From NCBI GenBank assembly GCA_000320545.1, contig ADNK01001460.1, forward strand, positions 1 through 53,561: a DNA stretch of 53,561 bases. The letters run 5' to 3'. The notes under the pieces were generated by a model, which was not told the origin of the DNA, searched no databases, and saw nothing but the letters and a program-made list of their open reading frames with translations. The translations under genes were made by a program, and so were the position numbers. Within the stretch, counting starts at the first letter, position 1; the number at the start of each line of letters is the position of its first letter. Of the stretch, positions 1 to 13,400 are shown piece by piece. The stretch comes from Bigelowiella natans CCMP2755 (Eukaryota > Protista > Cercozoa).

Positions 1-299
1 GAGCAAGCAAAACAAGTATGCAGTATAAATCTAAGTGACGATAGCGTCTCGATTGTATATGCTGCAAGTATGTAGGGACTCATAGCATTGTTTTAATAGA
101 CCCCGAACGTGACTCGGTTCTCAAATCCACGTACACAGTGACTTATCAGAGTCCGCGCGGTCACATGTGCGGCTAAAGCTGTATTTGCATAAATTTATAG
201 AATATGCATTTATAATATATATACAAATATACATGTATACTAGGATATTTCGTGCTGTTTTTCTTTTCTTCTTCTTCTTCTTCTTCTTCTTCTCCTTCC

Positions 300-1560
300 A
301 GGCAGACCCCGACGGAAGCAGCGTGCCGCTGGAGTAGATACCCGTCGCGATCTATGGAAGGTCGTCTCTTCGTTATCAGGGTGTTCTGTGGGTGCTGGTG
401 CGAGTATTTCCCACCACCCCCCCACCCCCCCCCACCAGCCCTGGTACCAGGAAGTTGCGACATCACGCATCGTCCCCACAGATGTTGTAAACAGAGAAAA
501 CAGAAAGAGTGCTAGCGATGCGGGCGGCCGCATGGCCTACGTGTGATGGAGACTCACTGCTACTACCACTGCTACTACTACTTCTTCTACTCGTTTAACT
601 TACAGCTGCGGCGACGAAGATCGGGGCCAGAATGGGACCGAAGATCTTTCCCTGATTTCACCATAGAAAGAGTTGTGAGGGCGCCATTATTTGCAACGGA
701 GAAGAAGAAGAAGAATGGGAAATTTGCTTCGCCCTTCCCGACGAAATTATCGCTGTGTGCGTGTGTGCATGTGCATGTGTGTCTGTGTGCGCGTGTGTGT
801 GTGTGTGTGCGTGTGCGTGTGCGTGTAGCTACAATATGTCGGGGCAAGGAGTTCTCAAAGAGAGATCGTCATCATTTAAAAGGATCAGGACGTCCTCACG
901 ATAGTTGGCGTAGTCTTATCATCACCAGCATCTAATCTCATCATCACCAAGACTCACCTGTCTAACATCGAAGGCTGTGCCATAGGCTACGACTATCACA
1001 AACATCCCGAATCCTGCCGTGCAGCAGGGCGCCAACAACGCGAGAGATGATCAGAAATGTCTCGCCGTGAGAAAGCGAGAGGGGAGGGAAATCAAACAAA
1101 TAAAGGGGGTGGGGGACGGGAGATCTTCTATTTCATCAGAGGCTGATATCTTCAGTAATACACCGAATTCTAGGAGGAATTGCTGCTTTCCAGAGAGATC
1201 TCCAACCGCACAGCCTGCTAATGCACCCTAGATTGTTGTGTGAAATAAAGCCAGAAACGTCGCTAAGTGCTCGAGCTTGTGGTCAGGTTTCAAGTCGCTG
1301 GCGGTGTCGTTACAAAGCGCAGGAAGCAGGATGAGGAGAACGTGGGGGATGGGGTGGGAGGGGGGGGGGGAAGAGTGATTCACTTGACCTGTCCTCTCGA
1401 GTTCTTTGTCCAGTTTATCGTATCATCTGGGAGGGCGTCCTAATGAGTAAAGATCGATCGCAAAGCAGATTAGAAAGATATCATAAAACAAGGGAGGGGG
1501 TGGGGGGGCGGGGGATCAAAGATGGCTCCTATATCCATCTCACAAACTGTCTGCATTCCC

Positions 1561-1604
<44 letters not shown>

Positions 1605-2712
1605 GTAATACGTAAAATAACTCCGTCGGTGTTAGCGTGCGTGTTGGCATGCAGTAGCATGGGGATGTGCTCTTGGGAAAAAGAGGATTTCGCACTTTCA
1701 TGATCTGGGCTCCGATCACTGCTCCCAACATCTGTGCACCGATGTATAAAAGTCCTCTCGCCGCAGGGGTGTGGCCTACGGCAGATAAGACGATAAGAAA
1801 GAAAGTTCGCCGTCGTTCAATCCGCCGCCGTACAGTGCCCCCCCCCCCCCCGCGCGCGCCCCTTCGGCGGAGGATTCTACCTGTCAGAGTCGTTGCGAAC
1901 GAGATCATAGGGTTGAGATGGCCTCCCGACGACGCGGCAAACGTGAGAATCATTAGACCTGCGATGTGATAACCCCCCCCAAAGGTCATCTACCAAGCGA
2001 GGCAGCAAAGGCGCCAAACATGTCGTCGCTCACCCCAAAGCATGCACAGGAGGTGGTAGGGGTGGAGAGAAAAGCACAAGGAAGGCAAGATGAAGCTCCC
2101 CGCAAGTACCGAGGATGAAGAAATGGGACACCGCCACTCCCAGAGCCGGGGGCTCGATAATGGGGGTAACAGTTGAACTAGGTTGTCTTCCAAATGATGA
2201 CAGAATGGCTCCTAGGATAAATAGATGATTCACATATTTGTGCCGCTACTCCGAAGCATGTGTGGTAAGCATGCTAATTTAGGCTATTACTACTTCTACT
2301 ACTACTGCTACCACTACTACTAGTAGTACTACCAATAGATACAATCGTGAGAAAGGCCATTCCAAAGCACTCGATGAGGACTGCCTGTAAAGGTGTACAC
2401 GGGGCGGGGGAGTGGCGCGCGTCGCGCGCGTGGTTATGGAGGAGGGTTAACTAAGAGGCAGACGTGCGACCGGAAGGACTCAAAAATCCATATATCACAA
2501 TATTCATCACATCACAACACTTACTTTCCATAAATACGAATGAACAAGCTCATCCAGGCCCAAGACGCGCACCAGAAAGGGAAGCTCTGATTGACATTTT
2601 GTATGATCAGGGGAGGGGGGAGAGTGAGGGATACTGACATTTTATACGACTTCTTACTTCTTGAATCTTTTGTCGCCTTGATCTCCTCGGCTGATGGAGG
2701 GTGTCGAACCAA
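300..2712 (-). CDS. Aquaporin (MIP family), XIP-like; multi-exon; 3' end probably continues left of the window; start uncertain
   Basis: Exons read by hand: LPFLVRVLGLDELVHSYLWK (~2525-2589) | AVLIECFGMAFLTIVSIG (~2332-2385) | ...SSGGHLNPMISFATTLT (~1883-1935) | GHTPAARGLLYIGAQMLGAVIGAQIMK | GALAGCAVGDLSGKQQFLLEF | FGMFVIVVAYGTAFDVRQ (~958-1013) | GKIFGPILAPIFVAAA (~604-651) | IATGIYSSGTLLPS (~307-351), with GT..AG borders. SGGHxNP is the MIP loop-B signature. The second NPA motif was not found in the window. Confidence 0.88.
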
Positions 2713-3308
2713 CTAGGGGACAACCAGCATACAGGCACGCGTGTTGGGAAGATATTCTTTTCTCTCTCTCTCTCTCTCTCTCTTCTACTTCCCCCCTTCT
2801 CTCTCTTTCTCCCTTCTACTTCCCCTCCCCCTCGGATACTCTTCAAATTTGTTCATGCAAACCGAGGCTTGAAAGCGCCGGGGCTGGGTCCCTTCGCGTT
2901 TAAGGTCGTTACCTTAGATAGGTCAACGAGAGGCAGAAAACAGAGGAGAAGCACTCATAATAAAGCCAGCCCAAAAATTGGAGGCAACCGGGCCCAGGCT
3001 CCCCCCTCCCCACCACATCACCCCTTCCCATGCACTCTTCCCGTTGGCTCTCAGGAAGAGGATGTAACACAAACCCATGGCTGCGGACATGGACAAGGGA
3101 GCGGGGGAGGGAGAGGAACGGAATTTGGAGGAACTCTTCTTGGAGCACCGACTAAGCGTTGATTTCGAAGGTAAACACATGCATTTTTAATCGTGCGACA
3201 ACATTTTACGTTGTCGCTGTAACGAATTTCTGCCTGTTCGAGCGCGTTCTCGGCTTGTCGCAGGACCCAAATTCGTCGCTGCCTCCCCTCGGCCACGTGG
3301 ACCCATAC

Positions 3309-4370
3309 ATGCTGCACCCCGGCTGCTGGCCCTCCCCCACGCTCGCGCTGGCGCTGCTTTTCACGGGGCTGGTGCAGGAGGTAGTTGAGAGGATTTGGTC
3401 GTCGTTCTTCCATCAACACGAGGAGGTTAATGGTGGATGGGTGATGATCAGGTGAGGGGCCGTGGTGGAGCTGCTACTCGTAACATGCGTCGTTTGCCCA
3501 GTATCGGCGCGGTGGCGCCCTTCACAGCGAGATTTGGCCGGCGGCGTTCCGACACCTCGGTTGTGAAAACTTCGTCGTCCCCAATCACGAAGGATCACAA
3601 CGCCTCGTCTTTCATCCGGGCAGGGACAGGCGCTGGCTGGGAATCCGACGTCTACGTCTTCGCTCTCGAGGTGAGGGGGGAACAACGATTAAAGGAGGAT
3701 GTGTGACCAATGCCTAGCTCCCACTACCACACCAATGTTATTATTCTTAATATCCTTTTTTTTTATGTTGCCTCTTGGCGACGGCGGCGACTTCGCGCAT
3801 CATCATCATCATCATCAATCACGCAGAACACTCTCGTTCCAAGCTCGAAACCGATCGACGAGTTTGCGTCAACGGATAAAAGATACGAGATTTCGGGCAA
3901 CGTTATTTTTGACAGGTGTGTGCGCTGCCCTCGTATTCTTCCTGGTCCTCGCGCGTGTCATCCAAGAACACGGCTCAGTGAGATTGCTGTTGATGTTTAT
4001 GTGAGCAGAGTGAGCGGTCTGCTAAACCGAATGAAGCAGCCATTCTACGTGCTTGCTGGGGTACAGAACTTAAATATACAAAGCCACTCCCCACCCCCAC
4101 CTCCTTCTCTTCTATTCGACATCACCGTCATTTGGCGTAAACAGGTTTCTGATCATGAGGCAAGCACGACATTACTGTCAATGGTAACAGAATTTTCGTC
4201 CAGATATCCACCTGCTTACATGCTGTGTTTTCCCGTTACACTGACAGGGGAAGAAGCTTGCTGATTTTGTACCCGGATCCCCCCGACTTTATGCGGGGAA
4301 GACGACGGCAGAAGCTAAAGTAGCTGCTCTCGTGACCATAAATGGGAGAACGGTACGAGATTTGGCGTTC

Positions 4371-4411
<41 letters not shown>

Positions 4412-4803
4412 TTTAGTATTGTGGCGGTCTCTTTTCAATCGATATCCGTGTGGCCCAGTCCTCTTTTCCAGTATTTTATCACTGATTTTCCGTGAACTTT
4501 CCTGCAATTCTTGCTGGGCGCCATGTTTATAAAATCGTTGCGTCATGCCTGCAGGCCCCAGGCATCCAGCTCAGCTACATCGACAGTGATGCCGCAACCG
4601 TCAGGGCCGTGCTGGAAACCCCAGAACTCTCTAATTGGAAGGTCTACTGGGCGGATTGGGCATCAGGGGCTACTGCCGGTGGTGGCCCGCCGAAAGAATT
4701 CCTCAATCTAAGCAAGGACCGCGGGCAGGTGCTCGAGGTGGGCACATTTGTCGAGCTCATCGACTTCGGAATGATTCTAGGCTATCATGATTGGGGTGTT
4801 TAG
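3309..4803 (+). CDS. HAD-fold protein resembling the plant/cyanobacterial At2g45990-type family, catalytic motifs degenerate, probable bipartite plastid-targeting leader
   Basis: ATG 3309, then a hydrophobic stretch (TLALALLFTGLVQE), intron ~3381-3451, and an R/S-rich segment ending SDVYVFALE. Last exon QLSYIDSDAATVRAVLETPELSNWKVYWADW matches my recollection of the family C-terminus (LHFVEDRLATLxxVxxxPELxxWxLYLxDW). GC3-rich codons. Confidence 0.65.
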
Positions 4804-5043
4804 TTCGGCCAGCACAGTGAATGCGCTGCTACTTCGATATGGCCTTGTGCATGAACATGCCATGCATTTGTTGGGACATCTTGTGGTTGCAACTGTGGTG
4901 GTGGAAAAAAAAAAAAAATATGAATTATAAATGCCGCACCACTGCTAGACTGGCACAACGCCTGCGCTGCGCTGCGGCAAGACGCCAAACCTTCGGTTTG
5001 AGCTAGCTTCGCTTGAAGAGCTGCGAGTCATCAACGATAATCC

Positions 5044-5860
5044 ATGCAGAAATGTCATTGTTCGGAACGAATGCGCAAAGTTCATTTCTATGACAGAGAG
5101 GCAAGTTTGAGCAAATCAGAAAGTTCAAAAAAGTGCATGCCTGAAACATCCGGAACGAACATCAACATTGAACAAAGCATGTTTGATGCAAAAAACCACG
5201 TGAGCATGAACCACATGGGAGACAAGCGCAAACACATGCATGGCAGCGCCTCAACAAAAATCATTGCGAGGACTTGTCAGCACCCTGATGGTGCAGAGTG
5301 ACACAACCGACGTGTGTGTCAGCTGGAGTGAGGACAAGATCCATCATTCATCATCATTCCAGGTGATGTGCACGTCACCAGTCCACTCGAACGGGTCGTC
5401 ACTGGAAACTAGGATCGACGTGACAGAAGAGAATCATTGGATTGGCGTGCAGCAGCAAAAACATCGAACTGGACAATGATTCGACGGAAAGCCCTGCTAG
5501 CCTGTCAATTTCTTTGCCTGTTTGTCTGTGCGAAGCCAGCGAAGGTGCACCAGAAGAAGCCCCCAAAGCAAGGCACAACTTTTTGTTTGAAGACATGGCT
5601 TCAAAGCCACGCAGAGTGACAATGCTGTCATTGGGATCTGCGTGATGGTGGACCTGCCGGTTCCACGACGTGATTGTGGGGGTAGTTCCAGATCTGCAAA
5701 ACAAAACAATGCTGAGAGAGCTGCACGGGGAGTCTTCACGACTGTCATTTTCCCTTTGCGTTCAAGTGACGTTTTGGCCGCAAAGACCTTGTCGCCATCA
5801 ACAATTCCATCCCGGGGCGGCCCGGGAGCAGGAAGACTCATGAGTCATAGTTTTGTCTCG
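5044..5860. mobile_element. Degenerate TpA-purged island 1, probable relic of a TE or virus
   Basis: 3 TA dinucleotides in 5091-5847 by hand count (CTAG, CTAG, GTAG). Broken Cys/His/Met-rich, nearly Tyr-free ORFs. No splice structure. Similar in peptide to island 2. Confidence 0.55.
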
Positions 5861-6154
5861 GGCTTCGAGCAGCGACGATTAGGAGGCTGTCCCAGGTGTA
5901 AATACATTTAATTAATTGATGATTGTGGACATTGCAACAGAGCGACAAGCTCGAAAATGGTCTTAAATAAAACCAGAGCTCAAACGACGTAGATCTACCC
6001 GGCGGCTGACCTAGCATTGGGTAACGTGTGTCATTTTAGGCAAAAATAAATTGTCATTTGCGATAAAACGACTGCGTTTGGTCCAAAAAAATATAGAAAC
6101 CGCCACGTTTGTAACCGACTGCATGGGACAAATTTCACCTATTTTGCCTGCGTT

Positions 6155-6259
6155 TAACCGCATTGCGCAGTGTTTTGACAGAAAAAGCCGTTTCCAAATT
6201 TGCTTGCATACGTGTAACCGCATTGGCAGTGTTTTTACAGGAAAAACCCCTTTCAAATT
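6155..6259. repeat. Imperfect ~45-bp direct repeat with 60-bp period
   Basis: taaccgcattgcgcagtgttttgacagaaaaagccgtttccaaatt (6155-6200) vs taaccgcattggcagtgtttttacaggaaaaacccctttcaaatt (6215-6259). Confidence 0.75.
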
Positions 6260-6448
6260 AGATCTTTTTAGAATATGTCATGTCTGATCCAAAATCAAAA
6301 AAGCTGCTCACGGTTTTCCAACCACATAAGATGCAAATAAAACCATGTAATGAAATAAATCTTTACAAATAGCCTCAACAGTCATTTGACCGTCTTTTGG
6401 GGGAGTAGAAGGGCGGTGTGCCAAATTACACAAGGCTGAGCGGCCACA

Positions 6449-6702
6449 ATGATGTTTCGAAGGAATTCTTTCGGCGCTTGCGTTCTCTTCTGGAGCCTTG
6501 TCGCCGTGAATGCCAACCCCGAAGCGAGAGGGGCGCGTAGATTTCATGGACACGCCCTTTTCGATGAAGAAATGGCCCACATTGGGGACATGACGAATGG
6601 CGTTGTCTTGATGAATGACGAAGACATAGGCCAATCGGTTCGAGAATTTCATTTATGAACGAAACATACGCGTCTTAAAGAAATAAATAAATATATATAT
6701 AT

Positions 6703-6734
<32 letters not shown>

Positions 6735-9700
6735 TTAGAGATATATGAATGTGCTTATGAACACAAGTTTGCATACATTTATTTGAGTGTAACAATATAC
6801 ATTGTTCATTTATTTAGAATATTTTTATAATTCCATGAATATACAATTTCAAGAAGCAAATAACGGACGGAAGGGGATATTCGATGATATACGATCTGAC
6901 TCTGAGGGAGAACGTAACGTTGTTGGGCGATTTGAAGGAACACATGGAAATCGTCAACTGTTCGCGCTCAGAGATCACATTTTTCGTTCCTCCCTCCAAC
7001 TATGAATCCAAAGTTATTGATATGCTTCTTCCAGGAAAGGTCCTCAATGGAGACGCCTCTTGGCGCTGTCTTGATCGCTATAATCAATCTTACACTGCAT
7101 TCCAGCGTACAGTCGAAAATGTGATCGCCCTGGACGCACAGAAACAGGGAGGATTTGTAATACGGCTTAACACATCTGAAGCCAGTTTTAGTGACCTATT
7201 AGATAAGGGATCAAGCCTTACTCTCCGCAGAAATGGGTACCAAGAGCACTCCAACCCAGCTACCATTCATGACCCAGAAGAAGTCTATCAACGCAAATAC
7301 CAGGCAGCAAAGGCTATTCGGCTCGGCTTAAATCTAGGAGAGGACGATAGCTTTGAAAATTCAAAAATGCCCCAGGACTCTATGGAGCTCCCACATGAGA
7401 AAAAATCACGAAAGAAGATCAACTTGTTATCACTCGTAGATAAGGTTGCTGAATTTCGAAAAATTGAGACTGGCTTCTGCGAACTCTACCCGGGGTGCGC
7501 TACAATAACTTCTTCAGAGGACTGCGAACGAGCTTCAAAGGCTGATGGGTATAACGTAGAGGGGATCATGAATTGTGGTGATGATACAGTAAAACCAGAA
7601 AACGGCGGCCCAAAAGGTATGCATGGCAATAGACTGATTTTGTAGTTTTAAGTATTTGGTACTCCAGCAATTTCAGTCATACGATAAAATAGAATCACCA
7701 AACTTTGCTATGCAATAAAATGAAATATTTCTAATATTAATGAATTAGATCAATGTTGTTGTGTTTCTTCCGTTTTACCGCTTCTACTTCGAATCACAGC
7801 GTTTGTATTTTGTTAGGATGCTACTGCTGGGGAGGAAGTTTGTATCTTAATTCTCACTCCAGCAATGACATATGTGGATCACTTTCTTTTTTTTCATATC
7901 AAAACTGCATATGCAAATGCCATCCAGGTAAGCAAATTATATCCTCAGCAATCAGTTACTTGTACTGCACATGTCATTTGGCACGCACCCTGCCTCTTCA
8001 TTCACTCTTTCATACCTTCTCCCCCTCACTTTCTATTCTGCGGATTATATTACGTAGTGCTGTCGGAGAACACGTGCGTCTTCAAAAATGATGCAATATG
8101 CGATGACGGAGGGCCAGGCTCAAGGTATTCGGCATGTGAGTATGGAAGCGACTCCAATGATTGCGGACATAGGCCGACAACCCCACGAGCGAACGATGTG
8201 GAGATTGCTCTGGGGGAATTAACTAGCGAATTTGTGCTAGGCGAATCAATCAGAATTAAAGTCAAAGCTGGAATAGAGGGATTTTTAACACTAACAGTCT
8301 GCCAATTTGGATCTAGTTGGTTCTCTCAGAATGAAGAACCTCTTGCACGATATCGTCTTTGGGGGTATAATACGACCACTACAGAATCCATAAATTTCAC
8401 TGATTCTGCATACATCGGAAAGACTGTATGGTTAACGGATAAAGCCATTTGCGCTCTAAACGATCCGTTTCGAGACAGTGTCCGCATTGACGTGAAAAAG
8501 TGCAGGTTTACTACCCCGACGGCCAGCCAAAGTTTCATCGAAGGAGATCCTCTCAATTTTGAATTGAAGTGCGCGGATAACAGTTTCCAGACTAGCCCAT
8601 TGCGAATTGAACTGCGATATAATACTTACAGTTCGACGAACTTTAATTATCCTTTAGATCCAAAAAATTTTGGAAAAGTTACAAACTTCTTCTCCCCTAA
8701 TATGGTTCCTAGGGAAGTTGAAAGCAATATCGAGCACTTCTTTTTGCATACAACCCTAGATGATGGATCGATCGTCAAATCGCCTAAATTCAACATTCCT
8801 AGAATCATTCTTACCATTGTATCGCCGCAATTTGGAGATCGAATCGATCCAAGTGCTCCGCTGCTTGTTCTACTGTCTGGAGCAGATAGTTCGATCAGCA
8901 GTTTTAAAGTTAGGTTGATGAAAGTGAGTAGTTTGTGGCTTGACACCGAAATAAGCGTGACAACTGTTCCAAATCCTTCCGATAGACAAATCAGAATCTC
9001 AATACCGCCAACAGTGAAGCCATCTGCGTTCGAAAGCTACTACGTAGAGCTCCTATGGAGTTGCGGACTCTTCTCCTGTAGTAAAGCAGTATCTCACCCC
9101 TTTTCCATAGCGAATGAAACCAATGGCGATTTGAAAAAGGAAACGACGCTCAATTTATGTGACTGGAAGTTCAGCTGCTCCAATTGTCCGTACGACCCAT
9201 TTAATTCTACATTCAACTCTCTGCTTTGTAAAGGCGTTTGCAGCGATAATTTGGGGATTACTGCAGAAATCAAAAGCAATGCTCGCATCGTTGCTGAAAC
9301 ACACACCGATTTGTTCCACCTCAACATTAACCCCTTCGGTGGTAGTGAGGTAGGGTTTGTTGGTGATGTTGATTTCGCAGCAACTGTTACAATAAACTCT
9401 AGCTTTGGTGTCGCGTTCCAGCACAGGATGCCTGGCCCTCTTAGTTTTTCGATTCCATTTTATTACCCTTTGAAAGTCCCGTACACTAGCATTGCAGTCC
9501 ACTACGGGGCTAGGCTGGAATTGGAAAACAGCTTGATAGTACAGCTCGCCGGCCGTGGCCAGGCAAACTATACAAGGACCGCTGGTATGCTTTACAAACT
9601 GAAATTCAGCAATATTCTGCCTAAAGATAACCTAAACATTACCAAGTCAAAGGCTTATGGCGACGATGGGAAGCTCTCGGTAACTGCTAGCGGTATGGCG

Positions 9701-10374
9701 CGCTTTGTATTTCTGATGGAACCGAAGTTTGTCATCGATTTGCTCTCTATAGCAACATTTACGGTGAAGTATCCGGTTTTCATCAATACCACCTTTCACC
9801 TTAAATATCCAGCCTTTCCACCCATTCCAGGAGGTGCCTCGTTCCGAAAGTCTTTATTCCCATTGGACAGTTTCTGTGGTGTAGATCATTACCTCAGATT
9901 CTCAGTTTATCTCCAACTTGGCCCACCAGTGTTAAGGGCAGAGCTCTCCTTCGCTGTAATTCCACTAAAAATCTTTTCCGAACCGATCTGGAGCTATCCC
10001 AGCGGCGATGGGTGGCTTTCTTTGGGGAGTAGATATAAATTATTCCTATCTTCAGGATGTCTTATTACAGAGTCGCCAAAGCAGCTCAGCTTGCAACTGC
10101 AAATTTCGAATGCCGCGAGCTCTTGGGACGAGTTAAAAAGTGCAGCTCTTTTCGAACTAGTAAATGCAGTGCGAGCCAATTACACGTCCTTAAATCAAAA
10201 GAACTTCAACGCACTTCTAGGCTTTCTCACCGTCGATTTTTCCACTAGTCTTCCCAGCAGCCCATCCAGCGCTTCCAACACTCCAGTGCTACAAGAAAAC
10301 GGTGAGAGTTATTTTCCCGAGACTCAGAATAAATATGTAACGCGCTTCTCCATGTAAATTTACTTAATTTTAAT

Positions 10375-10413
<39 letters not shown>

Positions 10414-10415
10414 AC

Positions 10416-10448
<33 letters not shown>

Positions 10449-13400
10449 GTAATCTACATATTTTGGAATTCCCAATATTAATGAATATTCCTTAGGTACT
10501 CCTGCAACACAAGGGCGTCATGCAATCCTTCAAGGGTCCACGTTGCCGGATAGACCCCCCTCAAATACTCCTTTTTTTCTCACATTCACGTCCTATGATC
10601 CAGAACTGACTACAGCTATGGATTCCATGGCGTGTCGCCGAAATTCAGCCATGTATGGAGGTACGTTGCTCCGAGGCGCTACTGTCCCTGTAGAGTGCTC
10701 CTCTAGCCCTTCAATAGCCGTGACAACACCTTCGCCCAGCCTGAGTCCATTAAAAGTGCCTTCCTTAGCGCCGACGATGCCAAAGGCCCCATCCTTGGCG
10801 CAAACAGATTTCCCAACACCTTTAGTGACTATGAAACCCAGCCCTTCTCCGACTCAATACCCGAGTCCGAAACCAACGCCAATGCCATCGCCCGAGCCAA
10901 CGCCAATGCCATCGCCCGAGCCAACGCCGATGCCATCGCCCGAGCCAACGCCTGGCCCGACGCCGTTACCCACGGAATCGCCTTCTTACAATCCCACGCA
11001 GAGGCCGACCGACTCCCCTAGCCGAAGCCCTACTGTAGATCGGAGCTTCGAAGTCACAGGATCGCTGCGCGCTACTTGCAGGCCATGGGTTTGATTCACT
11101 TTAAGCACCAACTGTACACCAATCACACTCACCACAATAAATGCATGCCGCTAAGAGGAAGATGTATCCCCGATGCTACTATATGTAATTATTTATTTGG
11201 TATAATTGCAAATTTGGTGGATATTATGATTTTTTAATGTAGGAGGTCGCCAACTTAAAGTATGAATTAAGCCGATACCTGAGCCAAAAAGCTGCAGTCC
11301 AACCAAATGTTACATCAGTAGCCATTACTGTACCGCAACTTCAAGCATATAGAACTCATTTATTAGCATCAAAAATAACTATGCCCCTATCTGCAGCCTC
11401 AGTAGCGCCTTCATGCGCCCCATCTTACGCTCCTTCATCGTCAGCGCCTTCAAGCGCCCCATCTTGCGCTCCTTCATCAAGCCCAACAGGGGCGCCATCA
11501 TCGGTATGGTCGCCATCGGCACGCCCAGTTGTTGGAGCCTCCATGTCGTCAGCGCCTTCAAGCGCCCCATCTTACTCTCCTTCATCAAGCCCAACAGGGG
11601 CGCCATCATCGGTATGGTCGCCATCGGCACGCCCAGTTGTTGGAGCCTCCATGTCGTCAGCGCCTTCAAGCGCCCCATCTTACTCTCCTTCATCAAGCCC
11701 AACAGGGGCGCCATCATCGGTATGGTCGCCATCGGCACGCCCAGTTGTTGGAGCCTCCATGTCGTCAGCGCCTTCAAGCGCCCCATCTTACTTTCCTTCA
11801 TCAAGCCCAACAGGGGCGCCATCATCGGTATGGTCGCCATCGGCACGCCCAGTTGTTGGAGCCTCCATGTCGTCAGCGCCTTCAAGCGCCCCATCGAGAA
11901 GTCCTGTATATGGCACGGGTTCTCCAACGGCGAGCCCTGTAGCTGGCACGGGTTCTGCATCGGCTAGCCCTACGGGTTCTCCATCGACGAGCCCTTCAGC
12001 TGGCACAGGTTCTCCATCGAGTGGTCCATCGGCATATTTTTATTTCGGAACGAGATCACCATCGACAAGTCCTGTATATGGCACGGGTTCTCCATCGGCA
12101 AGTCCTATACATGGCACAGGGTCTCCATCGACGAGCCCTGTTGTTGTAACCTCAGCCCCTGGCAAGTTAGTAGATTGGGCATTGTCCTGTGACGATAGTC
12201 AAATGGATGAATTAGATTACTATTCTGTAGGCTCTACTTTCTATGTAACATGTCAGTCTGTCCAACCATGTTTTGGGGCGGTAATCGGCTGTCCAGTGAA
12301 TGGAGGAAAGGTCTCTGTATTCAGCTATATTTGCAGCACTGCAAGGATGCTTGGCATTCCGAAAAATGTTGTGTTTTCCCTGACCAGAGAAGCAAGTCCG
12401 AACTCGTTTACATCCTGTACTTTAAATGGCAGAACAAGTTCCGACTCTACATATTTCTCTACATCTTTATCTCATGGAGCTTATAGTCTTAACTATCCTC
12501 CTCTGACACGCTATGGTCCATCCCCTGATATGATTTTCCGCAACTGCTCGAGCAGGTTTATGAGTCCCGGTTACGTTCCTTCTTACTTCCCGATTGGTTC
12601 GACCTTCAAAGTGAAATGCGACACGGACATCTCAGGATGTAATGATGTTGTGTATGGCTGCCCTTTAGATGGGTACATCATTCAAGGTAGCCACGTTTGC
12701 TCTGTTGCTCGGATGCTTGGTATTCCCAGAAACATGTCGTTTTCGCTCAGTACGAGCTATCATCGCAACGGTTTATCATGCACCTCAAATGGAATCTCAA
12801 GCTCTGCATCTGGAGGCATCTCATTTGTTCTTTCGGTACCCCCGGCCTATTCAACCTCTCTGGCTACAGTATCGCCGACACCTGCGTCCCCTACAATGTC
12901 TCCTGCTACACATGCCTCGACCAACCCCCCTATTCACACAAACGTCACTACTGTAAATTGCCAGAATGATAGCCTCCCCTTCCTGTTCTCGTCTTATCCT
13001 CCTGGATCAACAGTTACAGCGACGTGCATCTCTGTATCCTCCTGTAACGGTGCCGTGCTAGGCTGTCCATTAAATGGAGGCATTGTAGAGCGGAACAGCA
13101 GTATATGCTCAGTCGCGCGGATGCTTGGGATCCCTGCGAATAATAGCTTCACATTGACAATCACGGCAGGAGATCACTATTTCCGGTCTTGCTCTTCTCA
13201 TGGAATAACCTCGTCATGGAATAGTTATTATTATAGGCAGAAAGCGTATTATGTCAGTAGTCTGCCTATCAATGTATCGCACTGCGGTAATTTTTTTTCA
13301 GATAAAAGTTATGGGTCAGGGGGTTACGGACTAGGTGATACATATCAGGTGTTCTGCTCAGTAACATGCAATGCCACAGTTTACGGTTGTCCGCTCAACG

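Noticed and set aside
173-935. ORFs with poly-E/S, CVCV, YIYI or RERE runs, here and throughout the window
   Set aside because: Translations of intronic microsatellites.
5810-5846. GC hairpin (tcccggg-gcgg-cccggga) and palindrome gactcatgagtc as a Helitron end or viral origin
   Set aside because: No CTRR terminus at the expected distance, no nonanucleotide loop and no Rep motifs seen.
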